Source: Lingula anatina (taxonomy: Eukaryota; Animalia; Brachiopoda). From it: DNA of 64,000 bases. The position numbers and the translations under genes are program-made. The DNA is taken from the NCBI GenBank assembly GCA_051362555.1, contig CM120645.1:4340001-4404000 (forward strand). Reading direction: 5' to 3'. Below the pieces are notes generated by a model. The model was not told the DNA's origin. It made no database searches and worked only from the letters and a program-made list of their open reading frames with translations. This document shows positions 1-12,082 of the stretch, piece after piece (positions within the stretch are counted from its first letter, which is position 1; the number at the start of each line of letters is the position of its first letter).

Positions 1-1001
1 GTGAAACGAAACTGACAGCATTTCCTATACTTCGTCAAAATCCGGCGCGCAAACGAAGGCTAGATGCTTTCAAAAACGACAGCGAGACTGTGAATACGTC
101 ATTACGGAATTCCCCACTTTCAAGCAATCACGATTATGAGAGTGAAAACGAGGTTAGCAGTAAGGGTAATCCCATGAACTTCCCTGTAATTTTTGGCATA
201 CGAGTCGGACTTAAATTGAGTCTAAATTTTGCCGATAAACTTGATACAGTAAGTTGACATAAATCGCCAAAATGGCGACTTGCACCATCATTTTCACTCG
301 CCAGATTTAATTTTAACTCGCATTGGCGAGCTGGCGAGTGCGAGTGTCAAACGCTGTGTATGACCCTACAACAGACTGTCTTGTAATGATACTTGGTTAT
401 GAAAAACATGCATTAAATCAGTTTTTACCAAAGCTGATATACATTTGGAGGAAGGGGGGGGGGGTTAGGGACAGAAAGGGAAGGAAGCCATTTTTGATCC
501 AATATATATATGTCAGTTATTAGAGGGGGGATATTTTCAAGCAGGTGGGGGCAAGACAATGAGAAAGTTCATGAAAAATAAATGAAAGTCTGATGATTGT
601 AACACAAAGCTGACTTTCATCATGACTTGTACATTCCCTTTCTGACTTGTCATAGCATTAATAATCACCTGCAACAAAGCTTACGTAGTAACTGTACACA
701 CCAAAACAATGATCACACCTGCAACAAAATTTCGTCAGGGAGGGGATTTTTGTTCTAAATCGAAAGCCAAAAAAAAAAAAAAAAAAAATGCAAAATTTGC
801 ACAAATTCGGGAAATTGGCAACATTTTATTTCGCCAAATAAGTTCAACTTGTTTTCTATTTTCTATTATTTTGTTTTTAAAAGCTACTAAGATATTTTAT
901 TTGTAGAATCATGACACTGACACTCATAATTTCATCACGAGCTCTTTCGCCTTTAATGTTCGTTGACATTTGACGGCAGAACGCCACCAAAATCGCCCTA
1001 C

Positions 1002-1103
1002 CTGCGAGCCGACAACTACAATCTGCGGCAAGTGGATGGTTTCTTGTCCCACTGTATTAAATACATCTTGGAGTTTGTTTATAACAGGAATCAAGGACTC
1101 CAT
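1002..1103 (-). CDS. DNM1L: Dynamin-1-like protein (Drp1), first coding exon; the rest of the gene lies left of the window
   Basis: Encodes [34 protein letters not shown], the Drp1 N-terminus running into the G1 P-loop. It is followed by a GT donor (CAG|gtaggg). The 102-nt phase-0 exon matches the vertebrate DNM1L exon 1 boundary as I recall it. Confidence 0.95.
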
Positions 1104-1353
1104 ATCCTTGAACGGTTCTTTTCTTTCGGACCTATCAACTCTTCTGCTTAGAAAAATGGCCGTTCTCACAAAACGGAAGTTTTGAAATGACCTTGAAGGG
1201 GTTTCACTTCCGGGTCATGCCGGTAGGTGCTCAAGAACTGATGACGTACAGCACATTCGCTTAATACAGATTCGAGAAGCAAGTTGCAGGCGTTAGTATG
1301 TGATAATGAATTCACAATCCAGTTAGATAAAATATACCACCCACAACTTTACG
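1104..1353. promoter_or_regulatory. Bidirectional housekeeping promoter shared by DNM1L and CXXC1
   Basis: Only 250 bp separate the two divergent ATGs. Contains a YY1-type AAAATGGCCG (1153-1162), two oppositely oriented ETS/GABP cores (CGGAAGT 1174-1180, ACTTCCGG 1206-1213) and a CRE-like TGACGT (1242-1247). Confidence 0.75.
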
Positions 1354-1383
1354 ATGACAGACAGCGATTCGGGGGCACTCTCT
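1354..1383 (+). CDS. CXXC1: CXXC1 exon 1 (MTDSDSGALS)
   Basis: ATG next to the bidirectional promoter, strong donor gtgagt, phase 0 matching the acceptor at 7875. Confidence 0.7.
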
Positions 1384-4300
1384 GTGAGTATCTATATTGG
1401 TTTTTGTCAATGGTTATTCAAAATATTGTTGAAAACTGATGGTTCGTTTTGCAGTATTGACATGATGAAAACATTGAAATGCGTGCTTTTGCTTGAGATT
1501 TAACTGTCAGAGGGTTGTATGTCTTAATAACTGGTTTTGGGACAGTTTTTCGTCTTTTTATCGTAGGTTAAACATGGGCTTCTTTATTTATTCAAGAATA
1601 GTTTGGCAAAATACCATTATTTTAAGTTCGTTAAGACGTAAATTGTGTCTTTATTTTTTTAAAACAAAGTTCAGTTTAGAAATCTTGAATTGGAACTCAT
1701 GGAAGCTCAGAATGACTTTTGTATTAATTTTTAGAATAATTTCATTATTTTTCAAATGTCAAGCTTTTCAGGAAAAATTGTGCATTTGGCCACCTTTAAA
1801 TAGATAAATATAAAACACATTCCATGAAAAATCAATATAGGTTTTTGATCACTTGTTTCATTTTTAAACTGTCATTAATGAAATTAATAGGAATGTTCGT
1901 GCAAAAGTACTTGTATACTACAACATCAACAGCAACTTCAGGATTAAAAACACCTTAAATTCACCAAAATTCACCAAAATTTTGATCAGTAATAATGTAA
2001 CCATGATTTTGCATCTCTCATTATGTTGTTATGATGATAATATTTAGAAAAATAAAAATAAAAAAACAAATATTTTGCTTGCCTGGTTCCAAGGCATATA
2101 TGTGTGTGTGTGTGTGTGTTTTTTTTTTCCTTTTTTTTATCCCAGATCTGAAATAGTGATCAATTCTCTTGAGTCATTGTTGAAGTTGACATTAAAAAGC
2201 CAATCAAGAGAAAATTGTGATTCAGTTGACAAGCTGGAGTAGGATGGATGCACTGTTGACCGCATCAGAATACAATCTTCGTTCTTAATTACTGTCAGTC
2301 CACATGCTTTGATGTCTGTTGATGTGGGTATAGGATTGAACAAGTTCTAATTGACATAGTAATGTGGGTATAGATATGATCAAGTTCTAACTGGAAAATA
2401 ACAAGCATATGGTGATTAGGACAATTGGCAATGTAGGTGGTTTCACTGGTTTGTAGGTGGAATGCATTATTAGAGATGATTAAGAGTTTGATAATCATAT
2501 GATGTATGAATATATTAAGTGTTTGTCCTCAGTGTGTTTGAATTAATTGCAACCTAGTGGTGGAAGCAATTAATAAACTTGAAGATAAATTTTTAGAGGC
2601 ATTTTAATATGTACATGTAGTTTGCTTGATCTGGAAAGAATGGAAACAAATATACCAAACGAAATACAAATATTACTTGACTGAGGGGCCTCTGATATTT
2701 AAAAAATTAAAAGATAATTTTGGACCAGAAATAGGCAAAGGTGGAATACATGGCCAGCCAGGTGACCTTTGTATATGTGTGTGTATGATGAGAGAGAGAG
2801 AGAGAGAAAAGCTGGCATCCGTGGTTGACTGGGTAATGCTTTTGTTCAGGGTGGGGAACTCTCTTATTAAAGTATTTACAACAAAAATGTAATATTTTAA
2901 GATTTAAAAAAAAAAACATTCAAAACACACTTGCAAATATATACATAACATACAATTGTGTTCTGTAGTCATTTGTCCCTTTTTTATGGATGGATTCCAG
3001 CTCAGTTAAAAACAACTTACATAACACATGGTGTATATCTACAGAAAAATATCTTTACTCCAGTAAACATGTCACAAAAATTGTTTGCTGTAATGAAAAG
3101 AAGGATTGTTCAAATCAAGTGGAGGCTTTTCTATGAAGGCAATTAAGGTAAAATCTGGAACCTTTATTCCCTCTCAAAAGTTTGACAGACCACCCAGCTC
3201 CATCCGTAGAAAAAAAAAAGCGATGAGAAACATCAGTTTTCAGATCGGCATTTTTTTAAAACAATTGACAAGAAGGGAAATTCAACAGCATGTTTTCCAC
3301 TTCCTATATCAAAGACAGTTAAATGTTCTCATTGCAGGGGTTTTTTTTGGAGGGGGGATTAATAATAAGTTATCTAAATATAATTTAATTAATTTTAATG
3401 GAAAACTTGTTTTAGCATAGTAAGGTTAAATGATAGTTGCATTAGTATTACATCACAAAAATGTATGTTTGTAACAAATTGAAATGCCAAGAGACTATTT
3501 TTGCTTTGATAAATCTCTTATGCCAGCGAGCATGTGTCACTTGTGATAAATGAGTAGAGTTGTGGAGTAAGAGATCCAAATTTAATGACCACCATCTGTG
3601 CATTACGTTTCCTTATTACCTTTTAGTGGAGAATTTTTGAAATGTTTTGGGTCAAGTTACTCCATTTTACCAGTGGATTTATTGCCAGTTCTGCATATTT
3701 AAACGCATTCTACCTGCAATATTTGAAATTCTTTGCTTGCTTGTGGATTAAAAAATTTGTTGGTTTTTGGACTCGGAAATTCAGGGTTGTTGTGTATGCT
3801 GTTGTTTTTGTGAGTCTGGACTTGCTCAGGATTTTGTTTTCTTTTAAGTTGCCCCGATAAAACAAAGAGTTTCTGCTACATGATCAACACAAACTTCTGA
3901 TGTGCTAAAGTGATTTAATTCTAAGGACTACATATTTGGCTTAAATTCTTGATGCTAAGTTAAGTTATCATGTTACTGAGTATTTAAGCACCATGTTTTA
4001 ATGCTTGTTTTTCTGTAAAACATATTCATGCACCAAGTGTTATTATCGGTAAAAGTTCCATTTATTCAAGAGGTGTCATACGACAACTTCTCTGGCCTCC
4101 TGTGTCTGAGTGTTCTAATGTTGCTGAATTTTTGGAAAATGGCTATTTATACATGTATGCCGTACATGTTAAGGGCACACCGTTATTGAACCCCAGTTAT
4201 GTAAGTTACTTAAATCTAAATTTCAAGGTCATTGTAGTATATTCATATTGTATGAGCACTGGAACACACACTGACACACACACACACACACACACAACAT

Positions 4301-5852
4301 ATACGAAAAGAGAGAGAAAGAATGAGAGAGAGAGAGAGACATAATAAAATATTTCCTAAGATTACCATTTGAAAATTGCTAATTGCTTTGACTACTTTTT
4401 TTATCTAAATGAAGTGTTGATTATGGCTTGGTTGGCTCACGAAAGTTAACCCAGTTAATTTTGAAGTGAACTATTTTAAGCTTATCCTTTTTTGATTGAA
4501 GGTTAATGATTGCGTTAGGAATGCTATCAACTTTAAATGGTGTTTTTATGTAAGTCACTAACAAATGGTAATAGGGTTGTCGCTTTTAATTGTCTACATT
4601 TATCATCTAATAAATGGAATGAAACATTTTCCGTGAAAAGAAAAAAAAATGAAATTCCTTTTAAAATAATTTAGGTTTTTATGGCAGTGTTGTTCTTAAC
4701 ATTTGAAATATTCTACATTCAAAGTAAAATGGGAGGTAATTCACTTACATGCTATGTTTGTTTATACTATTATTTAATTGAGACATTAAAATAAGATTTT
4801 TTTTAGTTTTAGCTTTGTGTATGTAGTTACAGCAGCTTGCATTAGTGTTTTCAAAAGCTGCAAGAATTTACCCCTAGTTGTTGATCATATTACACTTGAA
4901 AAGTCAACTGTTATTTGGCTAATTGGTCCCAGAAGTGAACTAAAATGGCTTCTAACAAATATTTCGACCAAAGCACTGAGGATTTTTTTTTTCATGGCCA
5001 AGAGTATGGCTTTTTTATAAACAAACAAATGACCCCCTCAGTTAGATATTAGGGAGAATGTTGAATAACAAATGTTTGATTGTCAAAAGATATCATATGT
5101 TAAGGTCCTTTTAATTACCTCCTTCCCACCCTTTTTTAAGAGAGAGAGAGAGAGAGAGAGAGAAACAGCTGTATCTTTTGTGCTTAAAATTCTGTTTGAT
5201 CCACAGTTCTAAAAACTTTCACCAGACTATAGCAATTTACTTGCAGATGAATCATGGGCTATCCTAGTAAAAAGAAATATATGATAATAAGATAAAAGAA
5301 AAAATAATTTTTCAAAAAGGATTTTGAGAATAATATTGCTCATTTTTGTATTTATTTTAATGAATAATTAAAATACAAATGAAAATGATATTTAAAATTG
5401 AAGACAAAAAGAATGTCTGCAGTAACATACTGCAGTATGGTTTTGAAAAGTTGATCACTCTAAAGATATCAATTGCATTGACAATTTTTTTCTCAGATAT
5501 TTCCTCTGCATAAAAAGGCTTTGCCTGAACACCAAATGAAAACTTAAACTGAGTTAAAAATCAGTACAGGAAAAACATTTATATCTCTTTACTAGCCATG
5601 AAATTAGATTAGAAAAAGCCAGTTTAAAATCATGTTTAAATTTAAGACAATCTATTGTAACCCCCTCTGGCCAGTATAGTAAGATTGAGCACTATAACTG
5701 AAACAGGAGCAGTGAAGGCTCCAGGCTGCCAACTTGACTGAGATTATGGTAATAGCTCAATATTTTTGGACAACAAGAATTAATGAGTTCTTTCCTCCTT
5801 TCTTTGAATTTTGACAGTAATACTTGATAATGCTGACTAGAAAGTTAGAAAA

Positions 5853-6042
5853 GTTGGTTGTCAACATTGATGTGAGTGTCTGAAAATGGCAGATTTTGAA
5901 AAAAAAAGTATAATTATGAGGTATTTGAAAATGTTAAGTTATTACCGTTGGTTGTCAACATTGATGTGAGTGTCTGAAAATGGCAGATTTTGAAAAAAAA
6001 AAAAAAAATTATGAGGTATTTGAAAATGTTAAATTATTACCG
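5853..6042. repeat. Direct tandem duplication of about 95 bp in CXXC1 intron 1
   Basis: gttggttgtcaacattgatgtgagtgtctgaaaatggcagattttga(A)n...ttatgaggtatttgaaaatgttaa.ttattaccg occurs twice, head to tail and nearly identical. Confidence 0.9.
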
Positions 6043-7874
6043 TAACTAAACTTGCACTGTTAGGTCTGAGAAGAGCGGATGTTCTGAATAACAACTTCAT
6101 AATGAAAACATGACTTACTGCATGACATGGTGTAAGATGAGTGTCCTTAGCACTTAAACATCTTAGTCTTGTCTGACATCTTCATCTCTGGAGAATAACA
6201 AGATGGGACGTATTGAAAATGATGGAAAATGTAGCGGTTGGTGAGGATAGTGGGATGTATTTAACTCCCGTCTTTGGCAGATACTACATAATGGACACAT
6301 TCCAAGAACTGTTTCAATTCCAGGATTCTGATGAACACTTACTGTACATTTCTACAAGGATCACACACTTTATTGATCAATATTAATCATGCTGAACTGG
6401 GAATGTACATTGATTAGGATCTTTACAGAGTTAACTTTTGTTTGAGAACATTTCTACAAAATTTCTTAAAAACAGGTAAATGCAATTGCAAGTGTAACAA
6501 CTCTGGTTCAGCAAAAGTAAGTCATTGAAGCATTTCGTTCATTTTTTAATGCTGGAGTGAGCTTAGATGAGTATCTTGTAGGAAGTGATAGTCTGGTTAT
6601 TTTAGTGACAGTATCATATTATGAGTCCGTGGGAGAGTGTTTAAATTCACATAAAACTCACGTAACCACCAGTAAGTATGCTGATAGGTCAGAGTAACAA
6701 GAGGAAAGAGCCAGGTGGCAAAACTCCATTTTGTTCTCTGGAAAGCTGGTACGCAGGTATTGGTTTTCTTTTGTTGAGTGTTGTACATCTAAATGTCAGA
6801 TGCCAGTAGGAAAAGACCCTTTACTAAGGTCTTTATTGTTCATTTTCTCTTTTCCCACCTTATTTTTGTATGTGTGTGGCAGTATTATAAGCACACTTAT
6901 GTATGATGTCAAGAAACAACATAATATTATTTTGTCTTGGTGGCAAATGAGTACTGTAAATAGCAATAGTCAAAGTCTGGTATTCATTATTTTAGTACTG
7001 TAGTATATAAGCTGTGTAAGTTCCTGAAGTATCTCTATGTAAATATGCTTTAATTATTTTTTGTTTATTTTCATTATTTATTTATTTATTTATTTTGAAT
7101 TTTTATTTTAAATTTAATTTTGTGTTGGGTGTCCATAAACAATTTTAGACAATTTTAAGATAAATATTTGGGTCAATATAAGGGGAATTTTGTTGCTAAG
7201 TGGTCTCAAAATTTACAAATACATCAATTTGAAAGTAAGTTTATAGCAGTTAAAGTCTATCATCAACAACAGAAAAATTTGAACAGTCAATTGAAGATTT
7301 TTATGGCGATTATAATACATATGATAGAATATATTCTAAGCACTCAGTTCTAAAATTCAGTAGCTGGTAACTAACTGGCTTGTGGAAGTCAGAGTCAAGC
7401 TGTGTAGAAAGTGGGATTGAACCCACCTCTGTATATTTAGTACCAGTATGCCATGATAAAGTACATTAAGCTGTGCCCTTTATACAGAATTGCTATTTAA
7501 AGAGAAATTACATGTCGCAATAAAATCAGATCATCGTATAATGAATTTGTCGCAGATGGAGGTACTTTAATATTAGGCTGATATATATATATTTCCAACT
7601 TCTAATCCCTTTCAGTAGCTGTTTGGGGCAAACAGTTTTTTATATTGATTACATAAAAAAGATTCTCTGTAGACAATATGAGAAAATTTACATAACATTT
7701 AGGGCCATGTGGTAATCTGTATTTTCATGCTATGTCTCCTATGTGTTAGCTCTGAATTCAATGCTATTTTTTTCCCCCTGAACTTTTGTGACAAAAGTCG
7801 GGATCATTTGGATCCAAGTGTTTTAAAGACTTTAATAGCAAATTAAAGTAATTATAAATCTAATTATCTTCCAG

Positions 7875-8146
7875 CAAGAGGAGATTGCCCACCAGTTTGT
7901 TCTTCCTGAACGACAGGCCAAGGTCAACCAGCTGCTACGAGGGATGGAAGAACCAAAAGAGGGAGGAAAAGAATTTCAAGCACCGGCACCTAGATCCCCA
8001 TCAGCTGTGCCCCGATCTCCCTCTTCCTCTGGTGCGGCTACTAAAGTGCCCTCTAGTGGAGGGTTTGTGCGATCAACTGTGATGGGCAGGGGCGATGAGG
8101 AGCGTTACTGTATCTGTAGATCAACAGATTGCAGCTCTTTTATGAT
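7875..8146 (+). CDS. CXXC1: CXXC1 exon 2 (N-terminal EEIAHQFVLPERQ motif, start of PHD finger)
   Basis: ttccag acceptor; QEEIAHQFVLPERQAKV...ERYCICRSTDCSSFM; donor gtaaga. Confidence 0.92.
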
Positions 8147-8257
8147 GTAAGAATAATGAAACTTATGTTTTTTAAAGAAATCGTGGGCATTTGCTAGAAA
8201 GATATTTGGTCAACAGTGACTTTAAGTAAATTTGCCTGAACTAGATGGACTTTCTAA

Positions 8258-8701
8258 GGCTGTATTTCCAGAGCTTTTAGATCGATCTATCTCCACTGGG
8301 AGTCTCACTAGATTACTGTTAGATAATCCTGCTTAAATGTCCATCCCGCCTACTACAAGCTGTAAGGGGGTAATTAACTTTCGTGTCCGCTCGTCTGACA
8401 GCTATTTAGCGTGAACCCCCAGGGAGTTAGGTCGATCTAAAGTAGATCAATCTAATCTCTGGAAATGGGGTCTAACACCCCATTTCCATAGATTTTTAGA
8501 TCGATCTATCCCTGTGGGGAGTCTCACTAGCTAACTGTCAGCTTGGCCGGCTTAAGCGTCTGTCCTGCCTACTAAAAGCTGTAAGGGGGTAATTAACTAT
8601 GGTGCCTTCTCGGCTGACTGCAATTTAGCGTGAACCCCCAGGGAGTTAGCTCGATCTAAATCTTAATCTTTAGATCGATCTAAATCTCTGGGAAAGCACC
8701 C
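8258..8701. mobile_element. Two tandem MITE copies of about 220 bp (PIF/Harbinger/Tourist-like)
   Basis: Copies at 8258-8472 and 8476-8701 share internal sequence. Each has inverted ends (atttccagag...tagatcgatcta / tagatc.atctaa..ctctgg.aa). TAA trinucleotides lie at 8255, 8473 and 8702. Confidence 0.7.
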
Positions 8702-8866
8702 TAAGTCTCTTTTGATATGTTTTTCTACAAGTCTGTACAACTGATAGTTTGAATAAACCATAATTTTTTCATTATTTGTTTTTGAACCAGCTGGTGATGA
8801 TAAGGACTTTTTTATGTAACTGACAAGGAGTAATCAGACTCTGTGTTTTTTGATTTATAATTTCAG

Positions 8867-8967
8867 TGGCTGCGATGCATGCAATGAATGGTACCATGGC
8901 AAGTGTATAGATGTCACTCAAGATGACGCCAAATCCATCAAGCATTATTTCTGCAAAAACTGTAGAG
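8867..8967 (+). CDS. CXXC1: CXXC1 exon 3 (PHD finger)
   Basis: GCDACNEWYHGKCIDVTQDDAKSIKHYFCKNCR; tttcag / gtaagt. Confidence 0.95.
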
Positions 8968-9350
8968 GTAAGTTCTGAATTCTCTCAGAGACAATGTGCA
9001 CACAATTTATTTATATATTTATTTACACTGCTTTACAGCTGTTAGACATGTTTAACTACTTTTCAGTTCATGGGTAACTGATGAACTTTGTTCTGTGCTT
9101 TAAAAATTTTTTAAGGTAACTATAATAGAGTTCTAAGTTGTTACCACTCCAATGTTGTCTGAAGAGGCTAGTATTGTGCTTTTTAGTGCATATCACTGAT
9201 GAAGAAATAAATTGCTTGATTTTTTTTTTTTTTTTAATTTAGAAAAAAATTTTTAAGGACCAAGTGTAAAGATTTGCAGTGACTGTAAATAAACAGACGT
9301 CATTACAAACCTTTTTTTTTTTTAAAGTTGAATTGATTGTGTGTTTCCAG

Positions 9351-9463
9351 AACAGGACCCGAGTCTTGTAGTGGTGTATAAAACAAAGAAACCCAAGGAG
9401 AAACTACACAGGAGTGACTCCAGTGATACAGAGAGGCATTTCAAGAAGAAAGATAAGGACAGA
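9351..9463 (+). CDS. CXXC1: CXXC1 exon 4
   Basis: EQDPSLVVVYKTKKPKE...KDR; ttccag / gtaagg; phases fit. Confidence 0.9.
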
Positions 9464-9688
9464 GTAAGGGAAATGGACGTCTTCAGTAATCTTTCAGATT
9501 TGCTAGTTTTCTTTTTTTTTAGCCTGATCTCTTCTCATGTCTGGTTATTGGTCAATGTCTAAGATGTAGGGGGATGTAAGTGCTGTAACATTCTCTCTAT
9601 AATAAAAACTTTTTTAATTTTCTCAGTACTAATTCCTGAATGGTCTCTGTGGACTTGTTTGTTAATCACAAAATCTTCATGGTTACAG

Positions 9689-9787
9689 CAGTCAGCAGCG
9701 AGTAAAGCAAAGAAATCCACGCGGCGATGCGGCGAGTGTGTGGCGTGTCACAGGACGGAGGACTGCGCCAGATGCGACTTCTGCAAG
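9689..9787 (+). CDS. CXXC1: CXXC1 exon 5 (CXXC zinc finger, first half)
   Basis: RRCGECVACHRTEDCARCDFCK; NAGNAG acceptor (cag CAG); donor gtagga. Confidence 0.95.
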
Positions 9788-11905
9788 GTAGGACAAATTG
9801 GTGTTGAGATTAAACTGATGGAGATGGTTGTGAATCCAAGTCCAGTTTTCTTTAATTGAGATCAAAAAATTGTTTGGTTAAACGTTTTAGGACAATATTA
9901 GGCTTTAAAAGCTCTTTTGTCGAACTGCTCCTTTTTATAAGTATTCTTGGTAAAATGTGAGCCCTGTGATGCTTAAGGAGCATAAGGAAAACAAACATGA
10001 AATCAAAATGATTGTAAATGTACTTCTCTGTTCTGTTATCTCTAGCTTTGAGCCCTATGAGTTCTGAAAAAAAAAAGTATTCTCTTGTTGAGAAAATTGT
10101 TTTACCAGACAGCTGGTGTTTATTATCAGCACTATAGTGTTGCTGAACAAACATGTTTTGAATTTCGTCTTCTTTGAAGTTGGGATTTGTTCAAAGTCTT
10201 GAAATTAGGCTTGATTTTATCATAGAAAAATTTACATTTCACTCGGTGGGAATCTTATCTGAAAGAGGCCACCTCATGACAGCTAAGAATTTGAATGTAC
10301 TTTAAGACTGATTTTACACCTAAGCAGATTCAGTCACCAATAATCCTAATTGTAATCAAGTATGTCTCTGCAACATGTTAATCCAAAAAATCATCATGTG
10401 TTTTAACAGGAAAACTGACCACTTTTGATTGGACTCATGCTGTGCGGACCCCAGCTTGATGGCAGTTTGAACTGCTGACATCACTTGAACTGTGGCCTAA
10501 TATTAAGTGGCCTGGTGGGTTGAAAGTGGTGGAAAGAGGAGGGGGGGGGGAGATATCTCAAGAATATCTTTATGCCTGGGGAACATGTGTGCCTTTGTAG
10601 ATGAAACAATCTGAGCATTAACCCAAGCAGTGGTGGTCCTTTGAAGTCGGCCCCAGTGAGCACACAGGTTGAAATGAAAGAGACACATATTTTGCCATGA
10701 GTGAAATTAGAAAACTGAGAACTGTGGGTTAATATGATGTTGGACAGGATCAAAGGAAGATTAATCAAAAGTTTGAAAAAAAAATGAATGGAAAGTATGT
10801 ACTTGGTTTTTCGTCAGGCATATTTTGATCTTGAGAACAAAGCTATTTGTAGTGGTTTATTTGATCTAAGGGTAAAAGATATTATTTCACTGTTTGCATG
10901 TTTCCCAATTAAGTAGGCCAAGTTTTTTATTATTATTTATTATTCTTTTGTAACCCCCCTTCTTTTAATTTGATTCTCAGATGGTTTCTACTATAGCAAA
11001 ATCCAAGAAGGGGGGTGGGGGGTTGCTGGTTAATGGCAGCCTTGTAGCCTCATTCCCTGAAGGTGTATTATGAGATATGGGGTTATCGGAGTTGAAATAA
11101 CTCTTGACTTTAGCCATTGTGTGTGGAGAAAATATCAGTGTTACTTGGACAACTTCTAGACAACTCTGTTGACTTAAGATTCCTTAGTAACAAAAGCCAA
11201 GGGTATATAATTTCTTCTGGATTTACAATATAATATCATTTGTTTTCAGTGCCCAGTTAGAATTTCTGTAAGCCCCCTCTCCCACCCCCCCTTGAAAAAA
11301 AAAAAGATGAAAACAATACAAAACCAATTATTTGATTTTATGGATAGGTTAATGCAAGAATAAACAGATAACCCTAATACCTTTATCAAAAGAACCTATC
11401 TTGTTAAATCATGGTTGTGTAGTATTAGAATAAGAAAAAAAATGAATGAGGCATGGAAGTAGTCAGAAACTTGTTCCATTGTTTTTGTTTCATTTAACCT
11501 GGTAGGTTAAGTTTTAAAACATCAGGTCTTGTATCCAGTATTCCTCAAGTAAAACAGTTAACAGTTGGTGAAATCTTTATTAGAGCAGCGATCTCTAATC
11601 TTTCCATTTTTTTTTTCGCGCTTGTTTGATCAGGTTGTAAACAGATCAATTTCCTGGCGACATATTTGTTTCAGCGATACATGTTTTTTTTTGTTTTTTA
11701 GCTAAATTTTGTTTTAGACTCGAATTAACAGCATGCAAATTTTCATTCTACTTTCTAGCCTTGTTTTATCTTTCTAGACATTGTCATCATCCTAGAAACC
11801 AAAGATAGAGCCAAAGTCAAACACATTTCTTTACAGCAGTTCCACAATTGATGTTTTTGTGATATTACTTTTCACTTGGCATGTTAAATTGTTTACCTTT
11901 TACAG

Positions 11906-11974
11906 GACATGAAAAAATTTGGAGGTCCAAACAGAATTAGACAGAAGTGCCGGCTCAGACAGTGCATCAATTTT
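11906..11974 (+). CDS. CXXC1: CXXC1 exon 6 (CXXC zinc finger, KFGG motif)
   Basis: DMKKFGGPNRIRQKCRLRQCINF; ttacag / gtaagt. Confidence 0.95.
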
Positions 11975-12082
11975 GTAAGTAATCAATGAGCAGTTTAGAC
12001 TAGTTGTGACTAGTTTTGACAAGTGGCAATATACTACATTCATTCATAACCAGGTGTTTGATGACAAATTTCATGGTGGTAA

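Noticed and set aside
1104-1169. N-terminal extension of Drp1 in the ORF track ([10 protein letters not shown]...)
   Set aside because: It begins at a non-ATG codon; homology starts at MESLIP (1103).
7380-7455. B-box-like GGGTTCAATCCC on the minus strand (tRNA or SINE)
   Set aside because: No cloverleaf or convincing A-box. At most a decayed SINE head, too weak to call.
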